Assembly: GCA_009784275.1 (NCBI GenBank)
Contig: WRCA01000002.1
Coordinates: forward strand, 4,783 to 68,782
DNA: 64,000 bases
Source: Alphaproteobacteria bacterium
GTDB lineage: Bacteria > Pseudomonadota > Alphaproteobacteria > Rs-D84
Direction of reading: 5' to 3'
Position 1 is the first letter of the stretch. Each line of letters opens with the position of its first letter. The translations under genes were made by a program, and so were the position numbers. The notes under the pieces are model-generated. The model did not search any database, was not told where the DNA came from, and saw only the letters and a list, made by a program, of their open reading frames with translations. This document shows, piece after piece, positions 9,318 through 18,965 of this stretch.

Positions 9318-10270
9318 GTAAAGAAAAGATTGATTTATTGGTTCGGAAGATCACAGCCGCAAAGTCCATTCTGATTTTTGGGCATAAAAATCCTGATGGC
9401 GACTCGTTGGCCTCTGTATTGGGATTGCGTCATTTAATCGCTGACAATTTCGGCAAGACCGCTGACATCATTTATGATGGAAATTTACCGATAAGCTATG
9501 ATTTCTTACCCGGGCGCATGGATTTTGTATATGCCGAAAAATTGCCGGACAAGAAATACGATTTGGTTATTATTTCGGATACCGGCTCCTTTGTTCAGCT
9601 AGATTCGATGCAGCAAAAATTCTTTGATTCCGCGACGAATACAATAAAAATCGACCATCATAAGACTATGGATCTTTTGGCGGATGTCGATATTGTCGAT
9701 ACCGATGCTTCATCCGTGTGCGAAATAATTTATGAGATCGCCCATGCTGCAAAATGGAAGATCAATGCTGATGCCGCTACGTGCCTTTACTCTGGGATTT
9801 ATACCGACGCCCAGGGATTTTCTTTTATAGATGACAGCAAGCCCCTGTTAATTGCAGCGGCTTTGGTCGATTTGGGCGCCAAGCCTCGCAGTATTTCCGA
9901 AGGATTGAAAGTTGCAACACGCGGCGACATAATGGCCCAGGCAGAGGTTTTGGCAGACGCGGAGTTCTTTTATAACGGACAGTTGGCTGTGGCAAGTATT
10001 CCAAAGGCGCTTTATAAAAATCTAGATTCGGGTGAGACGGAAATCGTCTTGTTCCTGCGTCGAATCAGGGGCGTGGAATGTATCGCCATTTTAAAGGAAG
10101 CACATCCGGAAGAAATCAGGGTTTCTTTGCGGTCGGGAAAAATCTCGGTCAGGGAAATTGCAGAAAGCTTTGGCGGTGGTGGACATGACTTGTCTGCTGG
10201 TATGAAAATTTTTGCCAATTTGCCGAAAGCGAAAAAAATAATCGTCGAATCTTTCAAGGGGATTTTATAA
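9314..10270 (+). CDS. nrnA: DHH/DHHA1 phosphoesterase (NrnA-like oligoribonuclease / pAp phosphatase)
   Basis: GHKNPDGDS, DHH (IDHHKT) and C-terminal GGGGH DHHA1 motifs. Confidence 0.8.
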   Translation: MSKEKIDLLVRKITAAKSILIFGHKNPDGDSLASVLGLRHLIADNFGKTADIIYDGNLPISYDFLPGRMDFVYAEKLPDKKYDLVIISDTGSFVQLDSMQQKFFDSATNTIKIDHHKTMDLLADVDIVDTDASSVCEIIYEIAHAAKWKINADAATCLYSGIYTDAQGFSFIDDSKPLLIAAALVDLGAKPRSISEGLKVATRGDIMAQAEVLADAEFFYNGQLAVASIPKALYKNLDSGETEIVLFLRRIRGVECIAILKEAHPEEIRVSLRSGKISVREIAESFGGGGHDLSAGMKIFANLPKAKKIIVESFKGIL

Positions 10271-10272
10271 CT

Positions 10273-11322
10273 CTAAAATAGCAATCTAAGTCGCAGACCA
10301 ATATCTACAATGTTTAAAGTTCCACTTTCTCGCCAGTCCGGCAAATGCTGTCTGCCGGTGCCATCGGCCGGCTTTTCCGAGCCAGGAAGGGGAATTTGCT
10401 CTGTTCCTGTTGCTATGTACTCGGTTTGAGACAAGAATATGCCGCTGGTTTCCACACGTCCCAGATTCGCCCAGCGAACGAAAAAGTCCAACAATAATCT
10501 TTCATCCAAACTATATGTGGCCCCGCCTTCAAACATGTAGACCGTATTTTTAGTCGACTTACCCAAATGACGCGCAAAAATATCGGTTATTGCAGTTACT
10601 GTTCCAGGCGACGGAGTAGTGCCTTCTACGCCCGGCATTCTATAAAAATTCCCGTCATGGACTACATAATCCGAAATAGTATTTTTTCCTATACCGATTC
10701 CGGCCCCGATATACGGGCGCAACTTGGCATTCTGCAAGTATTGGATAATGTGATCCAAATTATAATAAACATTGACCATGTTCGCATTGCTTGAAACATC
10801 TCCGCCTATTAACCGAACCGGAATATAACCATCGGCCCACCAGTGTTCTGCCGTCATAACCGTTCTCGGCATGAATATATTGAAGTATCGCAGGTGTGAA
10901 ACATCAACACGAAGATAATCGGTTATCTCCGCGCCGATCGAGAACTGAATCGCCGTTGCGCCATCGTCTTGGAACTCCGATTTTTTGAATGATCCGGGCG
11001 CTATCCATGCCCAATGCTGATCCGTATAATTCGCCTTCATCCCGCCGTTGATCTGTATGGTTTTTCCCAATGAAAATCCGGCATAGAACGGCCTCGTCTT
11101 TTTCGCGTTATCGCTGGTTTTATCATCATCGCTTGCGGACGGATGGCACCATATGAATTCTCCGTTGAAGGTTCCGCACCGCACCCAATCAGTTGGGACA
11201 ATATTCTTGGGACATGGTTCTACGCCCCCATACGGCTTTTGACACCAGTTATTCGCACGGGCAGGAACAGACAGCAACATGAAAAAAATAAAACCTGTGA
11301 AAACTTTGATTTTTATGGACAT
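10273..11322 (-). CDS. outer-membrane beta-barrel protein (signal peptide; C-terminal ...LRLRLLF)
   Basis: N-terminal signal peptide, alternating amphipathic strands, terminal aromatic residue. Confidence 0.55.
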   Translation of the reverse strand: MSIKIKVFTGFIFFMLLSVPARANNWCQKPYGGVEPCPKNIVPTDWVRCGTFNGEFIWCHPSASDDDKTSDNAKKTRPFYAGFSLGKTIQINGGMKANYTDQHWAWIAPGSFKKSEFQDDGATAIQFSIGAEITDYLRVDVSHLRYFNIFMPRTVMTAEHWWADGYIPVRLIGGDVSSNANMVNVYYNLDHIIQYLQNAKLRPYIGAGIGIGKNTISDYVVHDGNFYRMPGVEGTTPSPGTVTAITDIFARHLGKSTKNTVYMFEGGATYSLDERLLLDFFVRWANLGRVETSGIFLSQTEYIATGTEQIPLPGSEKPADGTGRQHLPDWRESGTLNIVDIGLRLRLLF

Positions 11323-11388
11323 TTTTTCCTCCGCCTTTGTATTGATGATATTATAGACTGCTCTGCAAGGGCAAGAGGAAAAGAGAGG

Positions 11389-12327
11389 TTAAACTTTATT
11401 CGTGCTACGCATGATATCTTTTATTTCGTCCACATAAAGCTGTGTCATTTTTTCGCGGGCTGCGCCAAGTGGTTTGCGTGGGTCAAAATCGCTGGGGACC
11501 TTGCCCAGCTGTGTCCGCACGGCGGCCATCCATGCCAAACGCGCGTCCGAATCGATATTCACTTTGCATATATTCAGCCTAACCGCTTTGCGAATTTGCT
11601 CGGCCGGAATGCCCATCGCGCCCTTTATCTTTCCACCATTTGCATTTATTTCGGATATAAACTCTTGTGGAATTGTTGAAGCGCCATGCAAGACCAGCGG
11701 AAAATCCGGCAGAAGTTTTGCAATTTTTTTCAGAATATCGAAACGCAATTCTTCCGATTCATTATGTCTTTTATAAGCCCCATGACTGGTGCCAATTGCA
11801 ACCGCCAAGGAATCACAGCCTGTTTTGCGGACGAATTTCACAACATCATCAGGATTTGTATAAACGGTTTCATCCGCATGAACATCATCTTCTATGCCGG
11901 CCAGCGCGCCTAGCTCGGCCTCTACACTGACGCCATATTTATGCGCATATGTTACGACGCGTTTTGTTAATTTGATATTTTCTTCAAAGGGCAGGGCGCT
12001 GCCGTCAATCATCACGCTGGAAAATCCCAGATTAATCGCCTCCTTGCAGCTTTCATATGTATGCCCATGATCAAGGTGTAATGCGATTTGTTTGCCGTCC
12101 AACTTTGCCCCCAAAATCATTCCCATCAGCAATTCGCCGCCAATATATTTCAAGGCCGATTCGCTGATCCCAAGTATCACAGGGCTGCGTGCTTGGGATG
12201 CAGCCACCATAATCGATTGCAGGCTTTCCATATTATAAAAATTGAATGCCGGAATGGCGTACCCGCCCAAAAGCGCGGATTTCAGCATTTTTTCAGTACC
12301 CACAAGGCCAAATTTTTTGTACTTCAT
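11389..12327 (-). CDS. fbaA: fructose-bisphosphate aldolase, class II
   Basis: 312 aa; the characteristic HLDHG metal-binding motif plus conserved class II FBA blocks throughout. Confidence 0.85.
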   Translation of the reverse strand: MKYKKFGLVGTEKMLKSALLGGYAIPAFNFYNMESLQSIMVAASQARSPVILGISESALKYIGGELLMGMILGAKLDGKQIALHLDHGHTYESCKEAINLGFSSVMIDGSALPFEENIKLTKRVVTYAHKYGVSVEAELGALAGIEDDVHADETVYTNPDDVVKFVRKTGCDSLAVAIGTSHGAYKRHNESEELRFDILKKIAKLLPDFPLVLHGASTIPQEFISEINANGGKIKGAMGIPAEQIRKAVRLNICKVNIDSDARLAWMAAVRTQLGKVPSDFDPRKPLGAAREKMTQLYVDEIKDIMRSTNKV

Positions 12328-12423
12328 AAATGTAATTATATCATAAAAGCAGCTGAAAATAAAACCTTGACAATGGAAAATTATGTTCTACTATTTTGTC
12401 AATTACCAAAAAAGGAATTACTC

Positions 12424-12729
12424 ATGAAAAAATCAATTTTGGCTTTGTCTGTTATCGCTTTGCTGGCAGGCTGCTCTCATACTCACTATTCCAAGTCTGA
12501 AAAATATGTTCAGAGCTATGATGATTGTGTCGTAACAACCAGCGAATATGGCGTTGTTGCGAAAAAGAACGTCAATGAAAAATCTCGCACTGTTCATCCA
12601 AACACCGCTTGCGCCGAGCTGACGGCAAAACCGGCCACGAAGACTGTTTATTCCGAACCGACCGTCCGCACTGTGAAACGCGTTTATCTGCGCAGCGGCT
12701 GCCCGACTTCTTATGGTTCTTGGTGCTAA
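12424..12729 (+). CDS. small lipoprotein (LAGC lipobox)
   Basis: MKKSILALSVIALLAGCSH...; TTGACA-N17-TACTAT promoter about 40 nt upstream; followed by a terminator hairpin. Confidence 0.55.
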   Translation: MKKSILALSVIALLAGCSHTHYSKSEKYVQSYDDCVVTTSEYGVVAKKNVNEKSRTVHPNTACAELTAKPATKTVYSEPTVRTVKRVYLRSGCPTSYGSWC

Positions 12730-12731
12730 TT

Positions 12732-12759
12732 AAAAAATCCCGCGAAAGCGGGATTTTTT
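12732..12759. terminator. bidirectional intrinsic terminator AAAAAATCCCGC-GAAA-GCGGGATTTTTT
   Basis: Perfect 7-bp GC-rich stem flanked by an A-tract and a T-tract; lies between convergent genes. Confidence 0.8.
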
Positions 12760-14773
12760 ATATATCTAAATCTTTCACAAACTTTGCATGTTCGGTTATG
12801 AACTTAAATCGGAACTCTGGCTTTTTGCCCATTAATTCCGAAACCAGGGTGCGCGTTTTTTCCGCGTCTTCCGCGCCTTCCTCCGTTTTTGGCGGCAATT
12901 CCACACGTATCAAGCGGCGTGTCTTTGGATTCATTGTGGTTTCTTTCAACTGATTTGGCATCATTTCACCAAGTCCTTTGAACCGGCTGATTTCTACCTT
13001 TTTGCCTTTGAATTTCCCGGTGCGTAATGCTTCCAATTCTTCATCACTATCAACATAAATCGATTCGGTTCCTGCAGTGACTTTATATAATGGGGGGCAG
13101 GACAGGTACAGGTGTCCGTTATGAATTAGCTGTGGCATAATATTATAGAAATTCGCCATCAGCAGGGAGGCTATGTGGCTGCCATCAACGTCCGCATCGG
13201 TCATGATAATAATTTTTTCATAGCGCAATTTCGATTCGTCCCAGTCTTTCGCAGTGCCCGCGCCGATAACATCGATTAACTCGTTCATCTCTTTATTATC
13301 GGCCAATTTTTCAGACGAATTAGAAATTACATTCAAGACTTTTCCGCGAAGGGGCATAATTGCTTGGATTGCGCGATCGCGCGCTTGCTTTGCGGTGCCG
13401 CCCGCAGATTCACCTTCGACTATAAACAGTTCCGTTCCCGCAACTCCGTGCTTGCCACAATCTGCTAGTTTATGCGGCATGCGCGCGCGCTTTGTTGGCG
13501 TTTTGCGCGCGATATCTTTGACCTGTTTTGTTTTGATACGCGCCGCCGCCAGATTATTTACGAACTCCAACAACGCGGTCGCAGTTTTCGGGTCAGATGC
13601 CAAAAACATTTCCCATGGATCGGAAAGAGCTTTTTCCACATATCGCGCAACTTCGGGATTAGACAGCTTTTCTTTTGTCTGACCCAGGAACTGCGGAGTC
13701 TTATAGAATACGCTGACAATGGCGCAGGCCGAATCGAATACATCATCGGCGGTGATTAATGCAGCAGACTTGTTATTAATTTTTTCGCCGTAATTCTTCA
13801 AACCTTTTGTAATTGCGGTGCGAAAACCCGATTCGTGTGTGCCGCCGTCAATTGTCGCGATGGTGTTGCAATAACTGGCAAAGAATCCATCATCAGACGC
13901 TGCGCCATTTTCATCGGTCAAAACTGTTAATGCCCATTCTACACGTCCCGAATCGTCCGGGAATTCTACCGTTCCGCTGAAAAGCTTTGGCAGCAGGCGC
14001 GGCTTTGTCGCGGTTTTTTGTTCCAGAAAGTCTGCAACCCCGTTCGGATAATAGAAAGTTTCAGTCGCGGGCAGGTTCATGTCTTCGGTCAATAACGACG
14101 TGTCGCATTTCCATTCAATCTTTACGCCGCGTGTCAAGAAAGCCTTTGCTCGTGCCATACGATAAATCTTTACCGGCTTGAATGCGGCCGCGGCGCCGAA
14201 AATCTGATCGTCCAAGGTAAAGCGCACGGTTGTGCCATGCTCCTTGGTAGCTTCACCCTTTATTAATGGTGAAATAGTCTTCCCGCGGGAAAATTCCTGG
14301 GTCCAAAAATATCCATCGCGCGCCACACGTACAATTGTATGCGCCGCCAAGGCATTAACAACCGCGGCACCGACGCCATGCAAACCGCCCGATGTCTTAT
14401 AAACATTATTGTCGAATTTGCCGCCGGAATGCAGCATTGCGAATATGATTTCCAGCGCGGATTTGCCCGGATATTTAGGATGTTCATCAATCGGGGCACC
14501 GCGACCGTCGTCAGAAATTTCTATTGTCTTGTTATCTATTAAACTGACTGTGATTTTCTTGGCAAAGCCGGCAACGGCTTCGTCCACCGCATTATCCAGA
14601 ATTTCGGTCGGCAAGTGGTGCCAAGCCTTTTCATCTGTGCCGCCGATATACATTCCGGGGCGCAGACGTACAGGCTCCAGCCCTTCAAGGACTTGGATAT
14701 CAGACGCATTATAAGAGTTAGAGGTTTTTGGTGCCACGGCGGGCAGGGTAGCTGAAAATAAAAAAGATTTCAA
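12758..14773 (-). CDS. parE: type IIA topoisomerase ATPase subunit, topoisomerase IV subunit B-like (671 aa)
   Basis: GHKL ATPase, Toprim EGDSAGG, PLRGKVLNV, (I/L)MTDADVDGSHI; the length fits ParE rather than GyrB (about 800 aa). Confidence 0.75.
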   Translation of the reverse strand: MKSFLFSATLPAVAPKTSNSYNASDIQVLEGLEPVRLRPGMYIGGTDEKAWHHLPTEILDNAVDEAVAGFAKKITVSLIDNKTIEISDDGRGAPIDEHPKYPGKSALEIIFAMLHSGGKFDNNVYKTSGGLHGVGAAVVNALAAHTIVRVARDGYFWTQEFSRGKTISPLIKGEATKEHGTTVRFTLDDQIFGAAAAFKPVKIYRMARAKAFLTRGVKIEWKCDTSLLTEDMNLPATETFYYPNGVADFLEQKTATKPRLLPKLFSGTVEFPDDSGRVEWALTVLTDENGAASDDGFFASYCNTIATIDGGTHESGFRTAITKGLKNYGEKINNKSAALITADDVFDSACAIVSVFYKTPQFLGQTKEKLSNPEVARYVEKALSDPWEMFLASDPKTATALLEFVNNLAAARIKTKQVKDIARKTPTKRARMPHKLADCGKHGVAGTELFIVEGESAGGTAKQARDRAIQAIMPLRGKVLNVISNSSEKLADNKEMNELIDVIGAGTAKDWDESKLRYEKIIIMTDADVDGSHIASLLMANFYNIMPQLIHNGHLYLSCPPLYKVTAGTESIYVDSDEELEALRTGKFKGKKVEISRFKGLGEMMPNQLKETTMNPKTRRLIRVELPPKTEEGAEDAEKTRTLVSELMGKKPEFRFKFITEHAKFVKDLDI

Positions 14774-14790
14774 GTGGCTTGATATAACCG

Positions 14791-14843
14791 CTTGACAAAA
14801 TAATTGACAAATAATGTTATTATGTTATAGTCCATCCGAATCG
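14791..14843 (+). promoter_or_regulatory. sigma70-type promoter (TTGACA-16-TATAGT) plus conserved initial-transcribed block CCATCCGAATCGA
   Basis: Read from sequence; about 80% identical to the 15214-15267 module. Hand-indexed coordinates may be off by 1 nt. Confidence 0.6.
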
Positions 14844-14859
14844 AAACAAGGATATTAAA

Positions 14860-15150
14860 ATGAAAGTCTGGCAAAATGCTCCGAAGTGGGCGAAAAATGT
14901 TATCACTTATGGCACAACCTTTATTGTAAGCGCGGGCATAACCATCGCTGTTTATGAAATTAAGCTCGCCAATGCGATAAAAGAACAGAGAAAGGAAGCC
15001 TCTTGGAATTTTAATGCGCATTGCGAAGATGACGTAAGCCGCGAATTATCAATGAAGTATTGGGGCGAATACCACAAAAATCTGGCCGCCATTAAAGCAT
15101 TAAAACAACAGAGCTGTTTTAATTATGGCAAACAAATGGGTGAAGATTAG
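14860..15150 (+). CDS. small membrane protein (96 aa, one TM)
   Basis: ORF track; hydrophobic segment TYGTTFIVSAGITIAVY; own promoter and own terminator (15185-15208). Confidence 0.5.
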   Translation: MKVWQNAPKWAKNVITYGTTFIVSAGITIAVYEIKLANAIKEQRKEASWNFNAHCEDDVSRELSMKYWGEYHKNLAAIKALKQQSCFNYGKQMGED

Positions 15151-15184
15151 TATTCGTTTTTACTTGCCGTTTATTATCCGACAC

Positions 15185-15208
15185 AAATCCCCTGCAGAGG
15201 GGATTTTT
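15185..15208 (+). terminator. intrinsic terminator AAATCCCCTGCAGAGGGGATTTTT
   Basis: Hairpin plus T-tract. Confidence 0.7.
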
Positions 15209-15213
15209 ATTCT

Positions 15214-15267
15214 TTGACAAAAATTATGGACAAATAAATTTATAATGCTATTATCCATCCGAATCGA
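15214..15267 (+). promoter_or_regulatory. sigma70-type promoter (TGGACA-16-TATTAT) plus the same conserved CCATCCGAATCGA leader block
   Basis: Read from sequence; paralogous to the 14791-14843 module. Confidence 0.6.
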
Positions 15268-15285
15268 GACAAAAAAGGAAAAAAT

Positions 15286-15759
15286 ATGCAAAATAACACA
15301 AAAGCAATCGTCGAATTAAACGAGAATACGCTGTATGAAAAAATCAAGGCAATAACATGCGATAAACTTAATCGGGATGAAAAAGAAGTTGATCTTGATA
15401 AAAGCTTCGTAAATGATCTGGGGGCGGATTCTTTGGATACAGTAGAGCTTTTGATGGTATTTGAACATGAATTTAAATTAAAGATTCCTGAAGATGTGCA
15501 AGAAAGAATCAGTACGGTTGGTGATGCTTTTAAATATATTGCCAATGGTTTGGGTATAAAACTTACTGGAAAATTAACAGGCGACTATCGCGGTAAAAGC
15601 CCCAATGTAACCGGAACAGCTGTCACAAACAATACCCCGAAAACTACGCCAGAAGTTGTATCTTCCGTAAAACCTGAAGAAACGATTGCAAAAGTGGAAA
15701 AAATTAAGAAAAATCGTTTTGGTTTGAACTTTAAAAACTTATTCGGAAGAAAAAAATAA
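15286..15759 (+). CDS. acyl carrier protein paralog with a roughly 70-aa Lys/Thr-rich C-terminal extension
   Basis: [19 protein letters not shown] phosphopantetheine-attachment motif; 157 aa versus 93 aa for the canonical acpP at 59126. Confidence 0.7.
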   Translation: MQNNTKAIVELNENTLYEKIKAITCDKLNRDEKEVDLDKSFVNDLGADSLDTVELLMVFEHEFKLKIPEDVQERISTVGDAFKYIANGLGIKLTGKLTGDYRGKSPNVTGTAVTNNTPKTTPEVVSSVKPEETIAKVEKIKKNRFGLNFKNLFGRKK

Positions 15760-15786
15760 AAAATCCCGCCAATCGGCGGGATTTTT
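15759..15786. terminator. intrinsic terminator AAAAATCCCGCC-AATC-GGCGGGATTTTT
   Basis: Hairpin plus T-tract. Confidence 0.75.
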
Positions 15787-15832
15787 GATGGGGCTTGATT
15801 TTTACCTGCACTTCATTATATTCTAGGACACC

Positions 15833-16966
15833 ATGAATAAAAATCCTTATGAAATTCTGGGCGTTGCAAAAGATGCCAATGAGGCGGATATTAAAAAGGC
15901 TTATCACAAGCTGGTTATGAAATATCATCCTGATAAAAATCCCGGCGACAAATCTGCAGAAGAAAAATTCAAAGAAGTTAATAACGCTTTCGAGATTCTA
16001 AAAGATCCGCAAAAGCGCGCCGCATACGATCAATTCGGCTCTGCCGCGTTTGCCGGGGGCAATGGTGCGTCTGCTGGCGGAAACCCATTCGGAAATATGG
16101 GCGGCGGAGAATTCCACTTCAACATGGGCGGCGGGAATATGGAAGATATCCTGCGCGAGGCAATGAAGTCTTTCGGGTTTGCCGGTGGAATGGATGATTT
16201 CGGTATGGGCGGCGGCGCACGTGGCGCTCGCGCCGAGGCTTCGCATGCTGGACGTGATTTGTTGCATGATGTTGTGATTTCATTGCGCGATGCTTATTTC
16301 GGAAAGATGGAAACAATTAAATTCACAACTAATGTCGCGTGCGAAAAGTGCGGTGGACATGGCACCGCGGACGCCAAGGAAGCACCCATTTGCAAAACTT
16401 GCCGTGGCGGCGGCACTGTGCGTTCTCGTCGTGGATTATTCTTATCTGAATCCGTATGTCCCGACTGCCAAGGACTGGGGCGCAAGATTTCAAAAAAATG
16501 TCAGGCTTGCGAAGGACTGGGCGTTGTTGGCAAGCGCCGCGAAATCAAAGTTGAAATTCCAGCGGGTGTCTCTGACGGCACTCGTTTGCGTTTACGCGGA
16601 CAGGGCGAGGCTGGTATTCTGGGCGGACCAACGGGTGATTTCTATGTAGATATTCATATTCAACCGGACCAAAGATTCGAACGATTCGGTGAAGATTTAT
16701 TAATGCGCAAAGCCATTCCGTTTGCGACCCTTGCGCTGGGTGGAGAAATCGAAGTCGAAACAATCGATGACAAAAAAATTAGCGTAAAGATTCCGGCAGG
16801 AACCCAGATTGGTGAAAGACTACGGGTTCGCGGCCGCGGAATGCCGTCCGGCGACCTGTATATCGAAATTGCAACAGAAATTCCGACGAAGTTAACGGAT
16901 AAGCAAAAAAAAGCTTTGGAAGAATTTGCGGGCTCGACCGGCAAGAAAAAACGTGGGTGGCTTTAA
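15833..16966 (+). CDS. dnaJ: molecular chaperone DnaJ
   Basis: J-domain with HPD, G/F-rich linker, four CxxCxGxG zinc-finger repeats; no dnaK adjacent. Confidence 0.93.
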   Translation: MNKNPYEILGVAKDANEADIKKAYHKLVMKYHPDKNPGDKSAEEKFKEVNNAFEILKDPQKRAAYDQFGSAAFAGGNGASAGGNPFGNMGGGEFHFNMGGGNMEDILREAMKSFGFAGGMDDFGMGGGARGARAEASHAGRDLLHDVVISLRDAYFGKMETIKFTTNVACEKCGGHGTADAKEAPICKTCRGGGTVRSRRGLFLSESVCPDCQGLGRKISKKCQACEGLGVVGKRREIKVEIPAGVSDGTRLRLRGQGEAGILGGPTGDFYVDIHIQPDQRFERFGEDLLMRKAIPFATLALGGEIEVETIDDKKISVKIPAGTQIGERLRVRGRGMPSGDLYIEIATEIPTKLTDKQKKALEEFAGSTGKKKRGWL

Positions 16967-18024
16967 TCCCCTTCCTTTTCAGGAATTTCGCCGTTGGCGG
17001 AAAGAAGCACTGCTATCCATCTGGTTCTGTCGAACTGCGCCGTGATTATAAATGTTCCAACCAGCAAAGGCACACTGAAGAACGCCCCCGCCGCGCCCCA
17101 CAACATTCCCCAAAATACCAAGTTCACCAGAATTGCCAATGTCGACAGGTTTAATGTTCTTCCCGTCAGCCTCGGTTCCAACAAATTGGAAAATACTATT
17201 TGCAGAGTTATTAAACCTGTTGCAACCAATATCGGAGTGTTCAGCGCGCTGGCGGTAGCCAACGAATACAATATAGGTAATGTGACCGCTATGATAGATC
17301 CGAATGTCGGTATATAATTCATTATGAATATGATAAACGCCCAGACGCTTGCGAATTCTACATTCATATAACTTAACCACAGATAAGAGCATATCGCAGT
17401 CGCCGCCGAGATAAATGTTTTCATAAACATGTATTTTTTCATATTCTCGTCGATGCTGTTCAGGATAAAGCGCATTTTATTAAACTGTTTTTTCTCTGGG
17501 AATAATGATGACAGCTTTTTACCGAATGTACTTTGCTCTATAAACATAAACAAGATATAGATCAGAACTAATCCCAAGACCATCGTCGCGCCCGCAGCGC
17601 TGGATCCGATCGATGCAGCGATGGTTGTAAAGTCTGGCAAGTGATCAGGGTTTATTGTAAAACCAAACGAATTTGAAAGATAATTCAGCAGCAGATGAAT
17701 CTGAAACTGGATTTCAGGCAAGCGAGCGCTTAACTGCACCGCCATCGGGCGAATTTGGGTAATAAAGGCATAGACCAGTCCGCCGATAGTTGCGAAAGAC
17801 AATAAAAGCGCCAGCCCGTCAAAAAGACGGCAAGTTAATGGCGACATAACGCTGGAAAATTTTGTTAGCTTGCATTCTCTGCTGAACGGCATGATTTTTC
17901 TGTAATAAGCCGAAATCGCGTTTATCAAATACCACAAAAATCCCGCAATCAACAAAGGTACGAAGATCGCCCGCCCGACAAACAGCAGGAATAAAATCCC
18001 AAGAAAGATCATTAATCCATTCAT
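16963..18024 (-). CDS. AI-2E family transporter (PerM/UPF0118)
   Basis: 353 aa polytopic membrane protein with a characteristic family block (LLEPRLTGRTLNLS...). Confidence 0.7.
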   Translation of the reverse strand: MNGLMIFLGILFLLFVGRAIFVPLLIAGFLWYLINAISAYYRKIMPFSRECKLTKFSSVMSPLTCRLFDGLALLLSFATIGGLVYAFITQIRPMAVQLSARLPEIQFQIHLLLNYLSNSFGFTINPDHLPDFTTIAASIGSSAAGATMVLGLVLIYILFMFIEQSTFGKKLSSLFPEKKQFNKMRFILNSIDENMKKYMFMKTFISAATAICSYLWLSYMNVEFASVWAFIIFIMNYIPTFGSIIAVTLPILYSLATASALNTPILVATGLITLQIVFSNLLEPRLTGRTLNLSTLAILVNLVFWGMLWGAAGAFFSVPLLVGTFIITAQFDRTRWIAVLLSANGEIPEKEGD

Positions 18025-18941
18025 TCGTTATTTGTGGTTTCAGTGATTGTTATTTGCTCTTGAAGTACTTGCACTTTTGGTTTTGGTGTCATCGCCGCTG
18101 ACCAAATCAGCGCGACTATTACCCCGATATTCAGCGCGACTGCAAAGGTGGCATACCAAGTGCCGACATTATCACGCAGCTTTTTCCACATCACAAAGCC
18201 CAGCATCAATATCAAGGATACGACCGCGAATCCGACAGCCATTCTTATGCTGTTCATCATTACCAGGGCATCTACTATTATTATCGCCGAAAAAGCGATG
18301 ATCGTATTGCGTCCGCTTGCCACTATCCAGTCGCCCAGCTTGTTCAATAATTTTGATTTCATGCCGATGGCTTGATTTTTATTCTTTCCATCTTTAATCA
18401 AAAAGCCAGGGTACCAGAACAAGCTGATACCGAACGGTATGGACCACAGCAGTTTCCAGCGTGGAACGCCTTGCATCCGCGCGCGGCAATAGATTGATTT
18501 CAGAAACAGAACCCAGATCGCGGAAAGGAAAATCAGTAATAATAATGCGATCGCGCCCAGGAATATCAACTGGTTTAATGATCCATTATGGACAGACAAA
18601 GCGATCAATCCCGCCACTGCCATCAAGGCTATTGATAATACGCCTTGGGTGATATTCAGTATGGCAAAGCTTTTCTGATCCAAATTATCATCCGGCGTCC
18701 AGCGTATTAATTTGTAAAGACTGAATGCCCCGCCGATAGATAATAATAGGAATATAAAGCGCGGTGCCCAGATAAAGGAATATATGGATTTTGCGCTGAA
18801 AAGCAAGTTCGCCAGTACCAGCACCAAGGCAAAAATGACAACGAACAACCCAGTAAATTTCATCGGGGCGTTAAAAAGCCAATTACTTAATGTGGAAGGC
18901 GCGGCTACCTTTTCGGTTTTCTTGATTATTTTTTTTGGCAT
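18021..18941 (-). CDS. hypothetical polytopic membrane protein (306 aa)
   Basis: ORF track; six or more hydrophobic helices; sits where sufD/sufS would be expected. Confidence 0.5.
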   Translation of the reverse strand: MPKKIIKKTEKVAAPSTLSNWLFNAPMKFTGLFVVIFALVLVLANLLFSAKSIYSFIWAPRFIFLLLSIGGAFSLYKLIRWTPDDNLDQKSFAILNITQGVLSIALMAVAGLIALSVHNGSLNQLIFLGAIALLLLIFLSAIWVLFLKSIYCRARMQGVPRWKLLWSIPFGISLFWYPGFLIKDGKNKNQAIGMKSKLLNKLGDWIVASGRNTIIAFSAIIIVDALVMMNSIRMAVGFAVVSLILMLGFVMWKKLRDNVGTWYATFAVALNIGVIVALIWSAAMTPKPKVQVLQEQITITETTNNE

Positions 18942-18965
18942 GACAAATCCTTTTTTATGGCTTCT

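Noticed and set aside
12088-12423. Upstream extension of the lipoprotein ORF (track start 12088)
   Set aside because: The extension runs antisense through the fbaA 5' end. A promoter (TTGACA-17-TACTAT) and a signal peptide define the true start at 12424.
16979-17392. 137-aa alternate-frame minus-strand ORF, and the 16994-17317 plus-strand ORF, within the AI-2E transporter gene
   Set aside because: Internal alternate-frame ORFs of a well-supported membrane-protein gene.
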